DNA of 32,000 bases from Acaryochloris marina S15 (GCF_018336915.1 NZ_CP064923.1:990001-1022000), one strand, 5' to 3'; positions 16,067 to 25,645 are shown, numbered from the stretch's first letter. A program made the numbers and translations. Notes: generated from the letters alone by a model not told the origin.

Positions 16067-16648
16067 TTAGCGTCCCATATCCCGCTTTAATTCTTCAAAT
16101 TCGGCATCCCGTTCCCAGTTCTTAAATTGCTCTTCTAAGGGATCAGGATCGCTCAAGGAGACCCGCTTATACCAGCCTTTTGAGGGATCGGGCGGTTGTT
16201 TTGACGATGGGCTGGGTTGAGGCTTCCGAGGCATTTGCTTAATTTTTTCCTTCACCTCTTTTTGGCGAATCTGAATTTTTTCTAGCAACGTCTGGGTTTG
16301 CTGGAGACGAGTTTTGGTCACCTCCATTTGGCCCCACTGCTGGTTTCCTTGACTGAGCAATGAGGCTTCTCGCTCTTTGGCGGCAGTGGCAAGATCCTGT
16401 CGTCCAGCCCGCTCGGCTTTTTTAACGCGCTCATGCCAGCGCTGAATCTCGTTGGCAGTGGCTAAAATAGCGTCCTGTTGGCGTTTTTCTTCTGCTTGCA
16501 GGTCAGTCAGCAATTTAGCTGTTTTGACTTCTTGTTCTCGGATATTGTCGGCAAGAACCTGTAATTCCAGGTGTGGATGGGCTCGGAGAAACTCTTCGAG
16601 CTGTTTTTCAAGAAAGCGGCTTACATCATCAAACACGTTCATCGTCAA
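16067..16648 (-). CDS. Coiled-coil protein (PspA-like architecture, family unverified)
   Basis: 193-aa ORF that is highly charged, with a heptad-like K/E/Q-rich middle and a Pro-rich segment near the C-terminus. Confidence 0.6.
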   Translation of the reverse strand: MTMNVFDDVSRFLEKQLEEFLRAHPHLELQVLADNIREQEVKTAKLLTDLQAEEKRQQDAILATANEIQRWHERVKKAERAGRQDLATAAKEREASLLSQGNQQWGQMEVTKTRLQQTQTLLEKIQIRQKEVKEKIKQMPRKPQPSPSSKQPPDPSKGWYKRVSLSDPDPLEEQFKNWERDAEFEELKRDMGR

Positions 16649-16763
16649 AGCCTCAGTAACATCTGGCTTGAGTCCACTGTTCTGAGTGTGTCATATTTCC
16701 TCAGCGGTGGTCAGCTCCCTTTCAGCATTCCCCTTTGATGTCTCTTGTCCTGCAGCAGCAGGG

Positions 16764-17903
16764 CTAGACCACGCTCGCTAAGGACCGCTCCCGTAACTGC
16801 TCGACAATGGACCAATACCAATCCATATTACTTAACAGCGCATAGGTAATGAATTTGAGGTTATCGGGATGTTCAGTAAATTGAGGGCTAAAATCGGTCC
16901 CTAGGAGCTTGTGAGGATTGCCCCAGGTATGGACAACATAGTTTTGAATCTCTGCCGGCACCTCGGATTCAACGATGATCGGCTGGCAGTCCGAGGGTAA
17001 CAAGGCCTCGATTTGGCCAATCATGGTGCGGATAGCAGTGGGTTGCCCTTGGCCAATGTTGTAGACCAATTCTGAAATGTTATTGATCTGGGGACGAGGC
17101 TTGGGCAGTGTCAGTAAATACAGTAAGGCGCGGGACACTTCCGCAGCAAAAATAGTATCTCGGGTCTGTTCACCAGGGGAAAACTGACCTTGACGCCCCC
17201 AAAGTTCAAAGGGGGTCTGCTCTAAGCTATGCCACAAAATCTGCGTATACAGATTGCCAAAATTTCCCTTATGCTGCTCTGTTACCCCATAGATGGAGAA
17301 GAATCGACAGATTTGAACGACTAGGTTGTTGCATAGGGCTTGCTGGATGGCCATATCTTCCATCATCAGCTTGGCGGTTTCATAGAGAGAGGCCGGCCAC
17401 ACCCTTTGGTCTTCCAGGGACGGACGTTTTTTACATAGACTGCTCGTCGAGGCAAAAATCAGGCGGATGTTTTCTGCAACACACCATTCCAGGATCGTTT
17501 TCCAGCTATCAACTTCATCCAAGACCTCTTCCAACGTATGAAAGTGAGGGACACTGGACCGTCCTCCCACAAAGATGACAATGTCTGGCTGAGTGATGGG
17601 GTTTAGGGCATAGTCTTTGTGGCAGCGGGTATCGACTTGGTTCCTGAGGATGGCCGGTAAATTTTCCCGTTTACCCAGACGTAGGTCATCGTTGATGGTC
17701 AAACGATCCAAGGGATAGCCAAATTCATAGAGCTTGGTCACCAGATGGGAACCCACTTGCCCACAGCCACCCATGACGCAAATGCGTTGAGACTGTAGCG
17801 CCTGAATCGCTAGTCGATGGGGATCATTAAGGGTCTTGTTGACATACCAGTCTTGAATATCCTGAGCATTCAGATCAAAACGGTCGAGGGGAAAGGGTGA
17901 CAT
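16764..17903 (-). CDS. Extended SDR NAD-dependent epimerase/dehydratase family protein
   Basis: Rossmann motif VMGGCGQVGSHL, the Ser of ASTSS, and YxxxK (YETAK). It has about 40 aa of N-terminal extension. Confidence 0.75.
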   Translation of the reverse strand: MSPFPLDRFDLNAQDIQDWYVNKTLNDPHRLAIQALQSQRICVMGGCGQVGSHLVTKLYEFGYPLDRLTINDDLRLGKRENLPAILRNQVDTRCHKDYALNPITQPDIVIFVGGRSSVPHFHTLEEVLDEVDSWKTILEWCVAENIRLIFASTSSLCKKRPSLEDQRVWPASLYETAKLMMEDMAIQQALCNNLVVQICRFFSIYGVTEQHKGNFGNLYTQILWHSLEQTPFELWGRQGQFSPGEQTRDTIFAAEVSRALLYLLTLPKPRPQINNISELVYNIGQGQPTAIRTMIGQIEALLPSDCQPIIVESEVPAEIQNYVVHTWGNPHKLLGTDFSPQFTEHPDNLKFITYALLSNMDWYWSIVEQLRERSLASVV

Positions 17904-18063
17904 GGGAGAACACAGGTTGCTCTTGGCACTATAAACGAGAACTTTGGCTTTATGGGCTTTTTATAAGGAATGTGTCTCGGAGTTTACTCTACGGAAAGTG
18001 AAAAAAATTTCCATGCATCAATGGCACAAAACGCTATGTTACCCATTCCCTAAAGTAGCGATG

Positions 18064-19065
18064 CTAGGTTTCAAGATGAGCGGCAAAGTGTTCTAGCTTC
18101 TGCTGCCAGAATTGGGCGGGTTTCCCTTCTGGGAAATATTGGCTGATATAGTCATAGCCATTGTGGGCCAGGGTATTTCTTAAGGTCTCCTCTTCCAGCT
18201 GGAAGAGGCACTTCACCACTTCTTCTGGGGTCTCTCCGGTGAGGGCTGTTTTGCCCTGTTCCATACAGAAGTTGGCCCCCCGTGCCGTTTTACCGACCAC
18301 AACAATTCCTGCCGCCATGGCCTCTTGAGGTGGTAAGGCACAGCCCTCAAAATTAGCCGAGGCTAGGAAGGCTTGGGGACGTCGGAACTGCTGAGTTAGG
18401 GCCTGCAGGGAGATGCCATCAATCAGTTCAAATCGCCAAAAACGCCCACCTTGCTGTTGATAAAGGGTCTGAGTTTCTAGGATAAAGTCTTTGCCTTTGC
18501 GGGGGAAGGCAAACAACAATCCCTGTTCTCGCTGGGCTTGAGGGATAAAGGGAAACAGTTCTTTATCCACAATGTTGGGAACGATTTCTGCCGGTTTGCC
18601 GGGATAGGTCTGGGCGCAAACCCCCTGCATCAGATCTGAGTCGGTCCAGAGTAGGACGCGATCGCTGCGATAGTCGAAATCGGTTTTGGTTTGGAGGGGA
18701 GATTGTTCATATGCGATCGCAACTCCGTCTACATCCTTTATCAACTGGGTAGCATAATCAGGCACTAGGCAAATATCATCAGGCCGTCGATCCTTCCAGG
18801 CCATAAAGGGCAATGGGCGCTTCACCCCAAATACATCCCCATAGTTATTTTGGCCACTCATGGTCGCCAGAACTGCATCAGCGCCACATTGGCGGGCCAC
18901 CCAACAATGCCGCATGATATTCATCGTGCCGCCATAGACTTCAGTCACATATAACCATCGCCGTAGGGACCAATTGGCTAACCTAGGCTTTCGCGATAGG
19001 GTCGCTTCCAGGGTTTCCCAGAACCACCCTTGCTTTAAATCTGGAATTAAAAAGACGATACGCAT
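18064..19065 (-). CDS. Glycosyltransferase (GT-B, GT4-like)
   Basis: C-terminal half carries the GT1/GT4-type E-x7-E-like region (FEGCALPPQEAMAAGIVVVG). The N-terminal half is divergent. Confidence 0.6.
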   Translation of the reverse strand: MRIVFLIPDLKQGWFWETLEATLSRKPRLANWSLRRWLYVTEVYGGTMNIMRHCWVARQCGADAVLATMSGQNNYGDVFGVKRPLPFMAWKDRRPDDICLVPDYATQLIKDVDGVAIAYEQSPLQTKTDFDYRSDRVLLWTDSDLMQGVCAQTYPGKPAEIVPNIVDKELFPFIPQAQREQGLLFAFPRKGKDFILETQTLYQQQGGRFWRFELIDGISLQALTQQFRRPQAFLASANFEGCALPPQEAMAAGIVVVGKTARGANFCMEQGKTALTGETPEEVVKCLFQLEEETLRNTLAHNGYDYISQYFPEGKPAQFWQQKLEHFAAHLET

Positions 19066-19095
19066 GACAGACAGAACGCTGTAAAAAGAGCAGAA

Positions 19096-20280
19096 TCAGG
19101 CCGCGATGGCAGAGGCATCTAGACTTTGATGGACTGCTGCCACAACATCCTCAACGTCTTGGTCTAGCAATTTAGCGGACAACGGAATGCTAACGGTTTG
19201 CCGACCAATGCGGGTGGCATGGGGATAATCCTGAGGTTGCCAGCCAAACCGTTGTTGATAGTAGGGATGCTCCGGCAGACTCAAATAGTGAACACCAGTG
19301 CCAATATGTTGACGATGCATGGCGACCAAGAACTGGTCACGGCTAATCCCCGTCTGGCTTTCATCAATGAGGAGGGTGTAGAGGTGATACCCATGAATAG
19401 TATTGGGCTCTGGAGGCGCGGGAAGGGTCAGGGGCAGATCGGCAAGGGTCTGATTGTACTGCTGCCAGATTTGCTGCCGTCTATGCCAATAGGGAGTCAC
19501 CCGCTGCAGCTGATGAATACCGATGGCGGCCTGAATGTCCATCATGTTGTACTTAAACCCTGCTTCTACCACTTGGTAATGGTTATAGCCATCATCACTA
19601 AATCGTTTCCAGGCATCTTGGCTCATGCCATGGAGGGCCAACACTTTAATTCGATCCGCATCTTCTTGGGTTTGGGTGAGAATCATGCCCCCTTCCCCCG
19701 TGGTGATGTTTTTGGTGACATAGAAGCTAAAGCAGCCAAAGCTACCAAAGGTACCAGCTTTGCGCCCCTGATATTCCGTTTCGATGGCATGGGCACAGTC
19801 TTCAATCAGTACCAGGCTATATCGCTGGGCTAACTCGCAGAGGGCAGTCATATTGCAGGGACGACCGGCAAAATGGACGGGAATAATGGCTTTGGTTCGA
19901 TCGGTAATTTTGGCTTCGACCTGAACCGGATCGATATTCAGGGTGACCGGATCGACATCTGCCAAGACCGGGACACCCCCCGCATGGATAATGGCATTCG
20001 CCGTGGCGCAGAAGGTTAACGGTGTGGTGATCACTTCATCGCCAGGTTGAAGACAGGCCGCCAACATACTGAGGTGCAGGGCAGCGGTGCAAGAGTTGAC
20101 TGCGATCGCATGTTTGCTACTTTTATAGGTGCAAAAATCTTGTTCAAACCGCATCACCTTAGGGCCGGTACCTAACCAACCCGTTTTCATGCTGGCCATG
20201 ACTTCTTGCATCTCTGCCTCTTTAATGGCGGGAGAACCAAATACCAAAAATTGGTCTTTTGAACGGGGCATGCATCTCAC
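19096..20280 (-). CDS. DegT/DnrJ/EryC1/StrS family PLP-dependent sugar aminotransferase
   Basis: FEQDFCTYKSSKHAIAVNSCTAALHL and the PLP-lysine context SFYVTKNITTGEGG. The start is probably the ATG at 20271 (MPRSKDQ). Confidence 0.88.
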   Translation of the reverse strand: MRCMPRSKDQFLVFGSPAIKEAEMQEVMASMKTGWLGTGPKVMRFEQDFCTYKSSKHAIAVNSCTAALHLSMLAACLQPGDEVITTPLTFCATANAIIHAGGVPVLADVDPVTLNIDPVQVEAKITDRTKAIIPVHFAGRPCNMTALCELAQRYSLVLIEDCAHAIETEYQGRKAGTFGSFGCFSFYVTKNITTGEGGMILTQTQEDADRIKVLALHGMSQDAWKRFSDDGYNHYQVVEAGFKYNMMDIQAAIGIHQLQRVTPYWHRRQQIWQQYNQTLADLPLTLPAPPEPNTIHGYHLYTLLIDESQTGISRDQFLVAMHRQHIGTGVHYLSLPEHPYYQQRFGWQPQDYPHATRIGRQTVSIPLSAKLLDQDVEDVVAAVHQSLDASAIAA

Positions 20281-20491
20281 TCTCTTAGAGGATGTTAGGT
20301 CAATCTCGCGGCAACGAAATCATCAAAGAAGCGTGTTGAATGCTCAACACCATTCTCCATACTGTAATATTCCCTATTTCCAAGAATCAGCCTACAGGTT
20401 CCATCAGACTTCAGATCGGTCAATTGTTGATCTAGAATTGCCTCAATGCGGGAATTCTAGAAGGAGACCGACTTTTCTCCCGTCCATTTTG

Positions 20492-21070
20492 ATGAATCTC
20501 AATATTCGGTTGGCTCGCCCTGCAGACATGGAGCAGGTTCTCGATATTCAGCAACAAGCGATCCAAAGGCTATGCAGCAGAGATTACAGCCCTGCCCAAG
20601 TAGATGCCATTGTCCAATCTCAACATGAATGGCGAGGCCAACAGGAGCTGATCTATATGGCACAGAAAGATCATTATCTGGTTGGTTTCATTGCCTTTAG
20701 CCTCTGTAGCACCAAAATTTTAGGGATTTATGTGCATCCAGATCACACTCGTCAAGGAATTGCCACGCAGTTACTGCAGTATTTTGAACGTCGAGCTCTG
20801 GCTGAACAGCGGCCGACTATTGAAGTCTTCTCTTCCCTAACCGCTGTCGCGCTCTATCAAAGCCAAGGCTATGTCTCAGTCCAAAAGACCAAGATTGATG
20901 CACTGGGCGTTTCGGTACCTTGTTTGTTTATGAAAAAATCCGTGACCTCATCCTCCCTTAGATTTACTCTTCCCCCTAGCCAATCCTCATCGCCTCATGG
21001 ATTTAAACTTGAACCTGAGGTGCTATGGGCATTCGTCTGTATTTTTCTGTTGTTGTTGCTCTTTTTATAA
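20492..21070 (+). CDS. GNAT family N-acetyltransferase with C-terminal hydrophobic tail
   Basis: The real start is taken at ATG 20492 (MNLNIRLARPADMEQVL). Acetyl-CoA motif A is VHPDHTRQGIATQLL. The last 16 aa (VLWAFVCIFLLLLLFL) are hydrophobic. The upstream part of the 313-aa track ORF is antisense to the DegT gene. Confidence 0.8.
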   Translation: MNLNIRLARPADMEQVLDIQQQAIQRLCSRDYSPAQVDAIVQSQHEWRGQQELIYMAQKDHYLVGFIAFSLCSTKILGIYVHPDHTRQGIATQLLQYFERRALAEQRPTIEVFSSLTAVALYQSQGYVSVQKTKIDALGVSVPCLFMKKSVTSSSLRFTLPPSQSSSPHGFKLEPEVLWAFVCIFLLLLLFL

Positions 21071-21084
21071 TCAACAGATCTAAT

Positions 21085-21201
21085 TCAGAACTCACTGGTG
21101 TTGTCATCTGCCGCCAGCCCTTGAGGATCATAGGCTGTTGGTGACAAGCGAAATCGTCCCTGTACTTTGACCAAGGCAGGAAGTTGCTTCATCGCAAAAT
21201 A
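21085..21201 (-). pseudogene. Orphaned 3' end (35 codons + stop) of the NlpC/P60-like gene, separated by the IS insertion
   Basis: After removing the IS and one copy of the 8-bp duplication, the 22585-23535 reading frame continues through ...TYFA-MKQLPALVKVQGRFRLSPTAYDPQGLAADDNTSEF to a TGA at 21085-21087. Confidence 0.6.
21194..21201. repeat. Target-site duplication, left copy (GCAAAATA)
   Basis: Identical 8-mer directly abutting both IS ends. An 8-bp duplication is typical of IS256-family elements. Confidence 0.85.
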
Positions 21202-21225
21202 GTTAGTGTCCCTATTTATTCGCCA
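21202..21225. repeat. IS terminal inverted repeat (left)
   Basis: GTTAGTGTCcctATTTATTCGCCA. The reverse complement of 22553-22576 is GTTAGTGTCttgATTTATTCGCCA. Confidence 0.85.
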
Positions 21226-22502
21226 CGGTTTTTGAGGCGATCATGCTTGGCATGATCCCTACGAGAGACGAGAAAGAAAATCGCTAAACAGCTCTCCTCA
21301 TTTGGGAAAGCACCAATTTCGTCAGCCTTGGTTCGGAATTTCCGGAACAGCCTTTCTAGCGCATTGGAAGTACGAATCAGCGAATGAAGGGATTCATCAA
21401 AATCATAGAAACTCAAGGTCAGGGCAAAATCTTTGATGAAGGTTCTAACAGCATCGGGTTCAAGGTCTGTCCATTTCTGTGCAAACACGAGCAACGTCAC
21501 AATCGCTTCTTCCCAGTCTGGCGCTTTATAGATAGCATAGGCATCGTGTTTAATTTGTGAATATCGCAGCTTCTTTGCTTCAGAGTGGGAGAGTTCTTGT
21601 CCTTGAGCATCCAGGTGTGGCAATTGCTCATAGCCCAAATGCCGGAGCATCGCTCGAACCTTGTGGGTAATGCATCGTTGATGTTGTGCGAGGGGAAACA
21701 GAGCGCGAATTACCTTAGGTAGTCCAGTGGTGCCATCACTGACAATCAGCTTCACCAAATGGGTTTGCAATCCTCGGTGCCGCAGGTGCTCAAAGAACAG
21801 TAGCCAGGCTGCCTCAGATTCTTGGACAGCCATTTCGTAATGAAGAACGGTTTGTGTCCCATCTGGCCATATCGCCATGGCCACTAAGATGACTCGGTCT
21901 TCCGCACGACGTAGCTTCCGGATATGTCCAGCTTGGTCTTCCCAAAAGTCTTCGGAGGCGCATTGAACACTCGCCCACACTCCATCAACAATCAGAATAA
22001 AAGGGGTTTTCTCAAGACGAGTTTGACGACTTTGGAGCATTTGCTTCTGAGCTTTGAGAGTAATCCGGTTAATGGCATTCACGGATAAAACTGCTCCCAG
22101 GATCTCATAGAGAGCTTCTTGCAAGTCTCGAAGCGATAAACCCATGACATACAAGCCCAGGCAAAACTCTAGAAGGCTACCGAGGGCTCGTTGGTAACGC
22201 TCTAGAATCTTCCACTCTCGGTCTGCATTCCCTTTCCGTAGTTTCGGGACAGATAGTTGAGCAATCCTGCCGTACTGGGTATCAAGAACCCGCTGATAAT
22301 AGCCTGAACGTCGAGGGCGAGTCCCTTGAAGCTCTGATAGATAAGCTTGGACTTCTTCGTCTAGTGCTGACTCTACTGCTATCTGGGTAACTCGGTTAGC
22401 CTCAAGGCGCAGGGTTGCTTCTAAAGCTTTGTTAATAGAGGCATATGAACTTTGAGACTGGATACGGATAATCTGCTGCTCACGTTGGGAAATGTTCATC
22501 AA
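21216..22502 (-). CDS. IS256 family (mutator-type) transposase
   Basis: 428 aa with IS256-type blocks: RRSGYYQRVLDTQYGRI..LSVPKLR, ILIVDGVWASV, IVSDGTTGLPKVIRALFPLAQHQRCITHKVR and SNALERLFRKFRTKADEIGAFPN. Confidence 0.9.
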   Translation of the reverse strand: MMNISQREQQIIRIQSQSSYASINKALEATLRLEANRVTQIAVESALDEEVQAYLSELQGTRPRRSGYYQRVLDTQYGRIAQLSVPKLRKGNADREWKILERYQRALGSLLEFCLGLYVMGLSLRDLQEALYEILGAVLSVNAINRITLKAQKQMLQSRQTRLEKTPFILIVDGVWASVQCASEDFWEDQAGHIRKLRRAEDRVILVAMAIWPDGTQTVLHYEMAVQESEAAWLLFFEHLRHRGLQTHLVKLIVSDGTTGLPKVIRALFPLAQHQRCITHKVRAMLRHLGYEQLPHLDAQGQELSHSEAKKLRYSQIKHDAYAIYKAPDWEEAIVTLLVFAQKWTDLEPDAVRTFIKDFALTLSFYDFDESLHSLIRTSNALERLFRKFRTKADEIGAFPNEESCLAIFFLVSRRDHAKHDRLKNRGE

Positions 22503-22552
22503 GGAGTGCTCCGAATTCTCTATTATCAGAGCATTTCAGCTATTCCAGCTCA

Positions 22553-22576
22553 TGGCGAATAAATCAAGACACTAAC
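22553..22576. repeat. IS terminal inverted repeat (right)
   Basis: TGGCGAATAAATcaaGACACTAAC, the inverted copy of 21202-21225. Confidence 0.85.
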
Positions 22577-23535
22577 GCAAAATAGGTCATGGGCCCCGGC
22601 AAAGACTGAGAGAGGTTCTCCCTAGGACTCGACTGGGCTAAGGAGTCTCCATGGACGATAAATTGATTTCCTTCCTTCCCGAAGATTTGCTCTGGGGAGT
22701 GCCATTGTTGATGGGCGTAAGGGCGGCGGTACTCAAACGTGTAAATATCTGGGTTCCATATCTGTTCAAGGGCCTGACGATCAATCAAACGATAGGGAAC
22801 ATCATTACCAGCTCCTGCTTTTTCAAAATAAAGCTGCTGATCTATCGCTAGGGCAACATGGTCTAGATAGGTGCGGTTGCCATGCTGGTGGTACACCAAC
22901 ACAATGTCTCCTGGTTGAGGGGTGGCCTGGATCTTCATGGACCCCTGCCGCAATGTTTGCAACATGGGGTGCCTATCGGTCACAAATAGGGTGGGGGCGG
23001 GTGGATTGTCTTGCTTTGCCAACCGCAAGATTTCGTAGAGGGTGCCCCAACAGTTGGCAGCGAGTTTTGTCGGGGGGCTGGCAGGCGTAAGGTTTTGTTC
23101 GTGAAACCGGTGTCGGTTCCAAGCCTGTATGGCCGGGGGCATGAAGTCCATGAGATTGTAGTTGCGATCGCGATCGTAATACGCTAAATTTCGCCGATTA
23201 TGCCAAGTCGCGTAGGTGGTTACCAACTGCTGCCATTGCCGATAATTTAAACGACCAAACTCAAATCCCAAGGCCGTTTCCCACACCGGCAGTTTAGCAT
23301 TGGCATCGCGGTACAGGCGACAGGAATAGGAGATATCCTCTGCTCCTGCCAAGGGTACAGAACAGGACTCCACTGACGTCACGGGTATCTTGCGAAACTC
23401 ACTTTTTGCAGGTTCTACCCATCCCATGAAGCCAAGGGCAGCCAAGCATAGCTGCACCGAAGACTGGAGACTTTTAGACCTTAACAACGTCAGGATTGGC
23501 TTCATCCACCTGTTCCCTCTGAACTTGTGAGTCAT
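22564..23535 (-). CDS. Secreted NlpC/P60-like (papain-fold) hydrolase candidate, C-terminally truncated by IS insertion
   Basis: N-terminal hydrophobic segment. Candidate Cys (ANCWGTLYEI) and, about 63 aa later, PGDIVLVYH...LDHVALAIDQQLYFEKAG, which resembles the NlpC/P60 GDLVFF...HVGIY core. The last 3 codons and the stop are IS-derived. The 5' end overlaps the upstream gene by 32-62 nt depending on the start (ATG 23535 or 23505). Confidence 0.55.
   Translation of the reverse strand: MTHKFRGNRWMKPILTLLRSKSLQSSVQLCLAALGFMGWVEPAKSEFRKIPVTSVESCSVPLAGAEDISYSCRLYRDANAKLPVWETALGFEFGRLNYRQWQQLVTTYATWHNRRNLAYYDRDRNYNLMDFMPPAIQAWNRHRFHEQNLTPASPPTKLAANCWGTLYEILRLAKQDNPPAPTLFVTDRHPMLQTLRQGSMKIQATPQPGDIVLVYHQHGNRTYLDHVALAIDQQLYFEKAGAGNDVPYRLIDRQALEQIWNPDIYTFEYRRPYAHQQWHSPEQIFGKEGNQFIVHGDSLAQSSPRENLSQSLPGPMTYFALVS
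22577..22584. repeat. Target-site duplication, right copy (GCAAAATA)
   Basis: Identical 8-mer directly abutting both IS ends. Confidence 0.85.
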
Positions 23536-25645
23536 TATCCACTAGGGGAGTGGACGCATCAACCAAAGGTAACAATGGCCCCACCTGTTCTTGTCCACTA
23601 ACAGATAAGTCACTATGACAGAGAAACACCTTTTCCGTGACTCGGCTCAATAAATCTAACAACAGTCGCCGCAACTGAGCCTGGTCATTATTCATTTCCT
23701 CTTCGACCGTCAGAGGTTCCCCAGACCAGTCACGCAGACAAAAAGGCGCACCCCAAAGAATCACGGCTCCACCGCCATGCCACAGGGCCGAACCCGCATC
23801 TAACCAAAAATGCCAGCGATGGACCTGCCGCGCCATCCGATACTGAAACGTCGTCGCCAGCATCACGGCCCGTCGGGGTTGGCCATTGGGATTCACTGGA
23901 AAGGGATTGGCCGTTAGGGTGCCTTGTCGCAGGAGCTGAATAAACTGACCGACGGTTTCTGGCAGAGGAGGATGGCGAGTTTGGGTCTGCCGCAAGCGCT
24001 CGTCCACCTGCCAATAATGCTGAGCCGTCTCCATCAGCTCCCGCAACACCGAGAGCTGATCGTAACTGAGGGCATGGGGGGCCAAAAATTCCTGGATGGC
24101 GCGATCCAAAATAAACACGGGATTTAGGGTGAGATAGGGCTGTGGCGTCGTTGAGCCTTTTTGTTGTTGATCAAGCCAACTCAGCAGGTTGTTGTAGGCT
24201 GTGGTGGCCTGATGTCCCAAACGGTCCCACCGGGGGAAGGTCTGGATGGGCAGCAGTTGTGGATGATCGGGATGGGGTTGAAAGCAATAATCGGCGAGTA
24301 ATCCGGCGCGCACAGGATCGATAATGCCAGCCGCACTAGCTAGGGAAGGAGACCGCTGATGGGTGAGTACAACCAGCATTTCGGCAATCTGCTCTGCATC
24401 GACAAGGCGGCCTAACCCAGGATAGACCAGGGTTAAAAGGGTCAATAAGGCCCGGATGATAGCAGAGCTATTGAGGGGGCGCTGATCCTTGAGGGATTCA
24501 ACGGGAATCCCTTTGGCCGTCAAAATTTCGATCAGGGTGTAGCGGGCAATCGTATCGAGACCGGGACCAATCACAGCAATCTCTTCTGGCTGAGCCTGCC
24601 CAGACTCAATCGCTTCAATAATTTGATCGGCAGTTTGACGTAAAAGCTGGGCGCGGGAACTCGTCTGCAAACAAGTCAGCGGTTCCGGTAACTCAAAGGT
24701 TTCTCCACTCACAAAGGCGACGATGTTATGGCCTAGAACAGCTCCTAAAGAAAGCGTAAAATCCTGATGTAAAGTTTGCAGTTGGCAGACATCCCTTAGC
24801 CCAGCTAAACATTCAGGATCGGCCCCTAACCCCAAACGAATCGCACCATTGGGATTAAAACTAAAGACGCCCAGCTCTCCATGATTCAGCCATACCTGAA
24901 AGATGTCTCGGGCAATGGCAGGATAGCTATCCACATCATCCGCAAACACGCCTTGATATCGCTGTAACAAATGGTCTTGATAGGCCGGATCGGGTAACAA
25001 ATAGCGCCAGTACAAAGCCGTGAGAATGCCATAGGTAAGCAAGCCCTGCTGCAAACACCAATCCCGCCAATCCATCAACATTTGAGCAATGGTTTCAGTT
25101 AAAGCCCTGTCACACTTCAGCTCCCCTAAGCCATCCTCCAAGCGGCGAGGTAAGTCCTCTAAGGCAATACCGCCAAAAGCGGCAAGCTGGAGTAAATCCA
25201 AGATTTGTCGTACCCACCGATCCGGAGACATATTTTCTAGCTCTTGCAGTTCCTCCCAAGGCGCTGTGTGCCAAAACTGGGCGGCTAGCTCTTGTTCTGT
25301 TTCCGGGCGCAGGCGAAGAGGGAATTGGGCCTGTAATCCCAAAGCTTTGATCACCAGGGGCCAAAACAGCATGACCTCATTTTCGAAGAAGCCCAGGGGG
25401 GTCGTGGATTGGACGATGATTTTGCCCGTAGTGGCTTGGGCAATCCCAGGCATCAATACCTGGCGATTATCGGCATTCACGGCAAAAACTAGGGCCGTTT
25501 TTACTGCAGGCTGAGCGGTCTCTCCTCCGATTGCAGGAGACTGATTAGACCAGTCCACTAGATGCTGAATCAGCGCGGTGGTCTTACCGCTACGAACCGG
25601 ACCCGATATCCAAATAGGAACAGAAGTCAGCGAGAAACAAATTTG
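23474..25645 (-). CDS. P-loop NTPase, AddB/UvrD-like SF1 helicase-related protein (start codon unresolved)
   Basis: The track ORF starts at GTG 25558. The same frame stays open to 25645 and encodes ...LTSVPIWISGPVRSGKTTALIQHLV, a Walker A motif. The C-terminal region (ATTFQYRMARQVHRWHFWLDAGS...VFLCHSDL) resembles inactive-helicase AddB-type proteins. Confidence 0.65.
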   Translation of the reverse strand, partial: QICFSLTSVPIWISGPVRSGKTTALIQHLVDWSNQSPAIGGETAQPAVKTALVFAVNADNRQVLMPGIAQATTGKIIVQSTTPLGFFENEVMLFWPLVIKALGLQAQFPLRLRPETEQELAAQFWHTAPWEELQELENMSPDRWVRQILDLLQLAAFGGIALEDLPRRLEDGLGELKCDRALTETIAQMLMDWRDWCLQQGLLTYGILTALYWRYLLPDPAYQDHLLQRYQGVFADDVDSYPAIARDIFQVWLNHGELGVFSFNPNGAIRLGLGADPECLAGLRDVCQLQTLHQDFTLSLGAVLGHNIVAFVSGETFELPEPLTCLQTSSRAQLLRQTADQIIEAIESGQAQPEEIAVIGPGLDTIARYTLIEILTAKGIPVESLKDQRPLNSSAIIRALLTLLTLVYPGLGRLVDAEQIAEMLVVLTHQRSPSLASAAGIIDPVRAGLLADYCFQPHPDHPQLLPIQTFPRWDRLGHQATTAYNNLLSWLDQQQKGSTTPQPYLTLNPVFILDRAIQEFLAPHALSYDQLSVLRELMETAQHYWQVDERLRQTQTRHPPLPETVGQFIQLLRQGTLTANPFPVNPNGQPRRAVMLATTFQYRMARQVHRWHFWLDAGSALWHGGGAVILWGAPFCLRDWSGEPLTVEEEMNNDQAQLRRLLLDLLSRVTEKVFLCHSDLSVSGQEQVGPLLPLVDASTPLVDNDSQVQREQVDEANPDVVKV

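Larger units (their letters stand above)
21202..22576 (-). mobile_element. IS256-family insertion sequence (1375 bp), apparently intact
   Basis: A single transposase ORF bounded by 24-bp imperfect terminal inverted repeats (21/24 match) and flanked by a perfect 8-bp direct repeat GCAAAATA. Confidence 0.9.

Noticed and set aside
19198-19833. 211-aa plus-strand ORF.
   Set aside because: It is antisense to the strongly supported DegT aminotransferase gene, has no recognisable motifs, and is a shadow ORF.
20129-20491. 121-codon N-terminal extension of the GNAT ORF in the track (313 aa).
   Set aside because: This part overlaps the DegT gene antisense and then crosses the intergenic region. The GNAT fold begins at MNLNIRLARPADME (ATG 20492).
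23730-25514. Several ORFs (23730-24014 -, 23924-24127 +, 24142-24324 +, 25089-25514 +, 25110-25364 -) inside the 694-aa gene.
   Set aside because: They are alternative-frame or antisense ORFs with Arg/Ser/Gly-rich junk composition inside a long gene that has coherent protein-like sequence.
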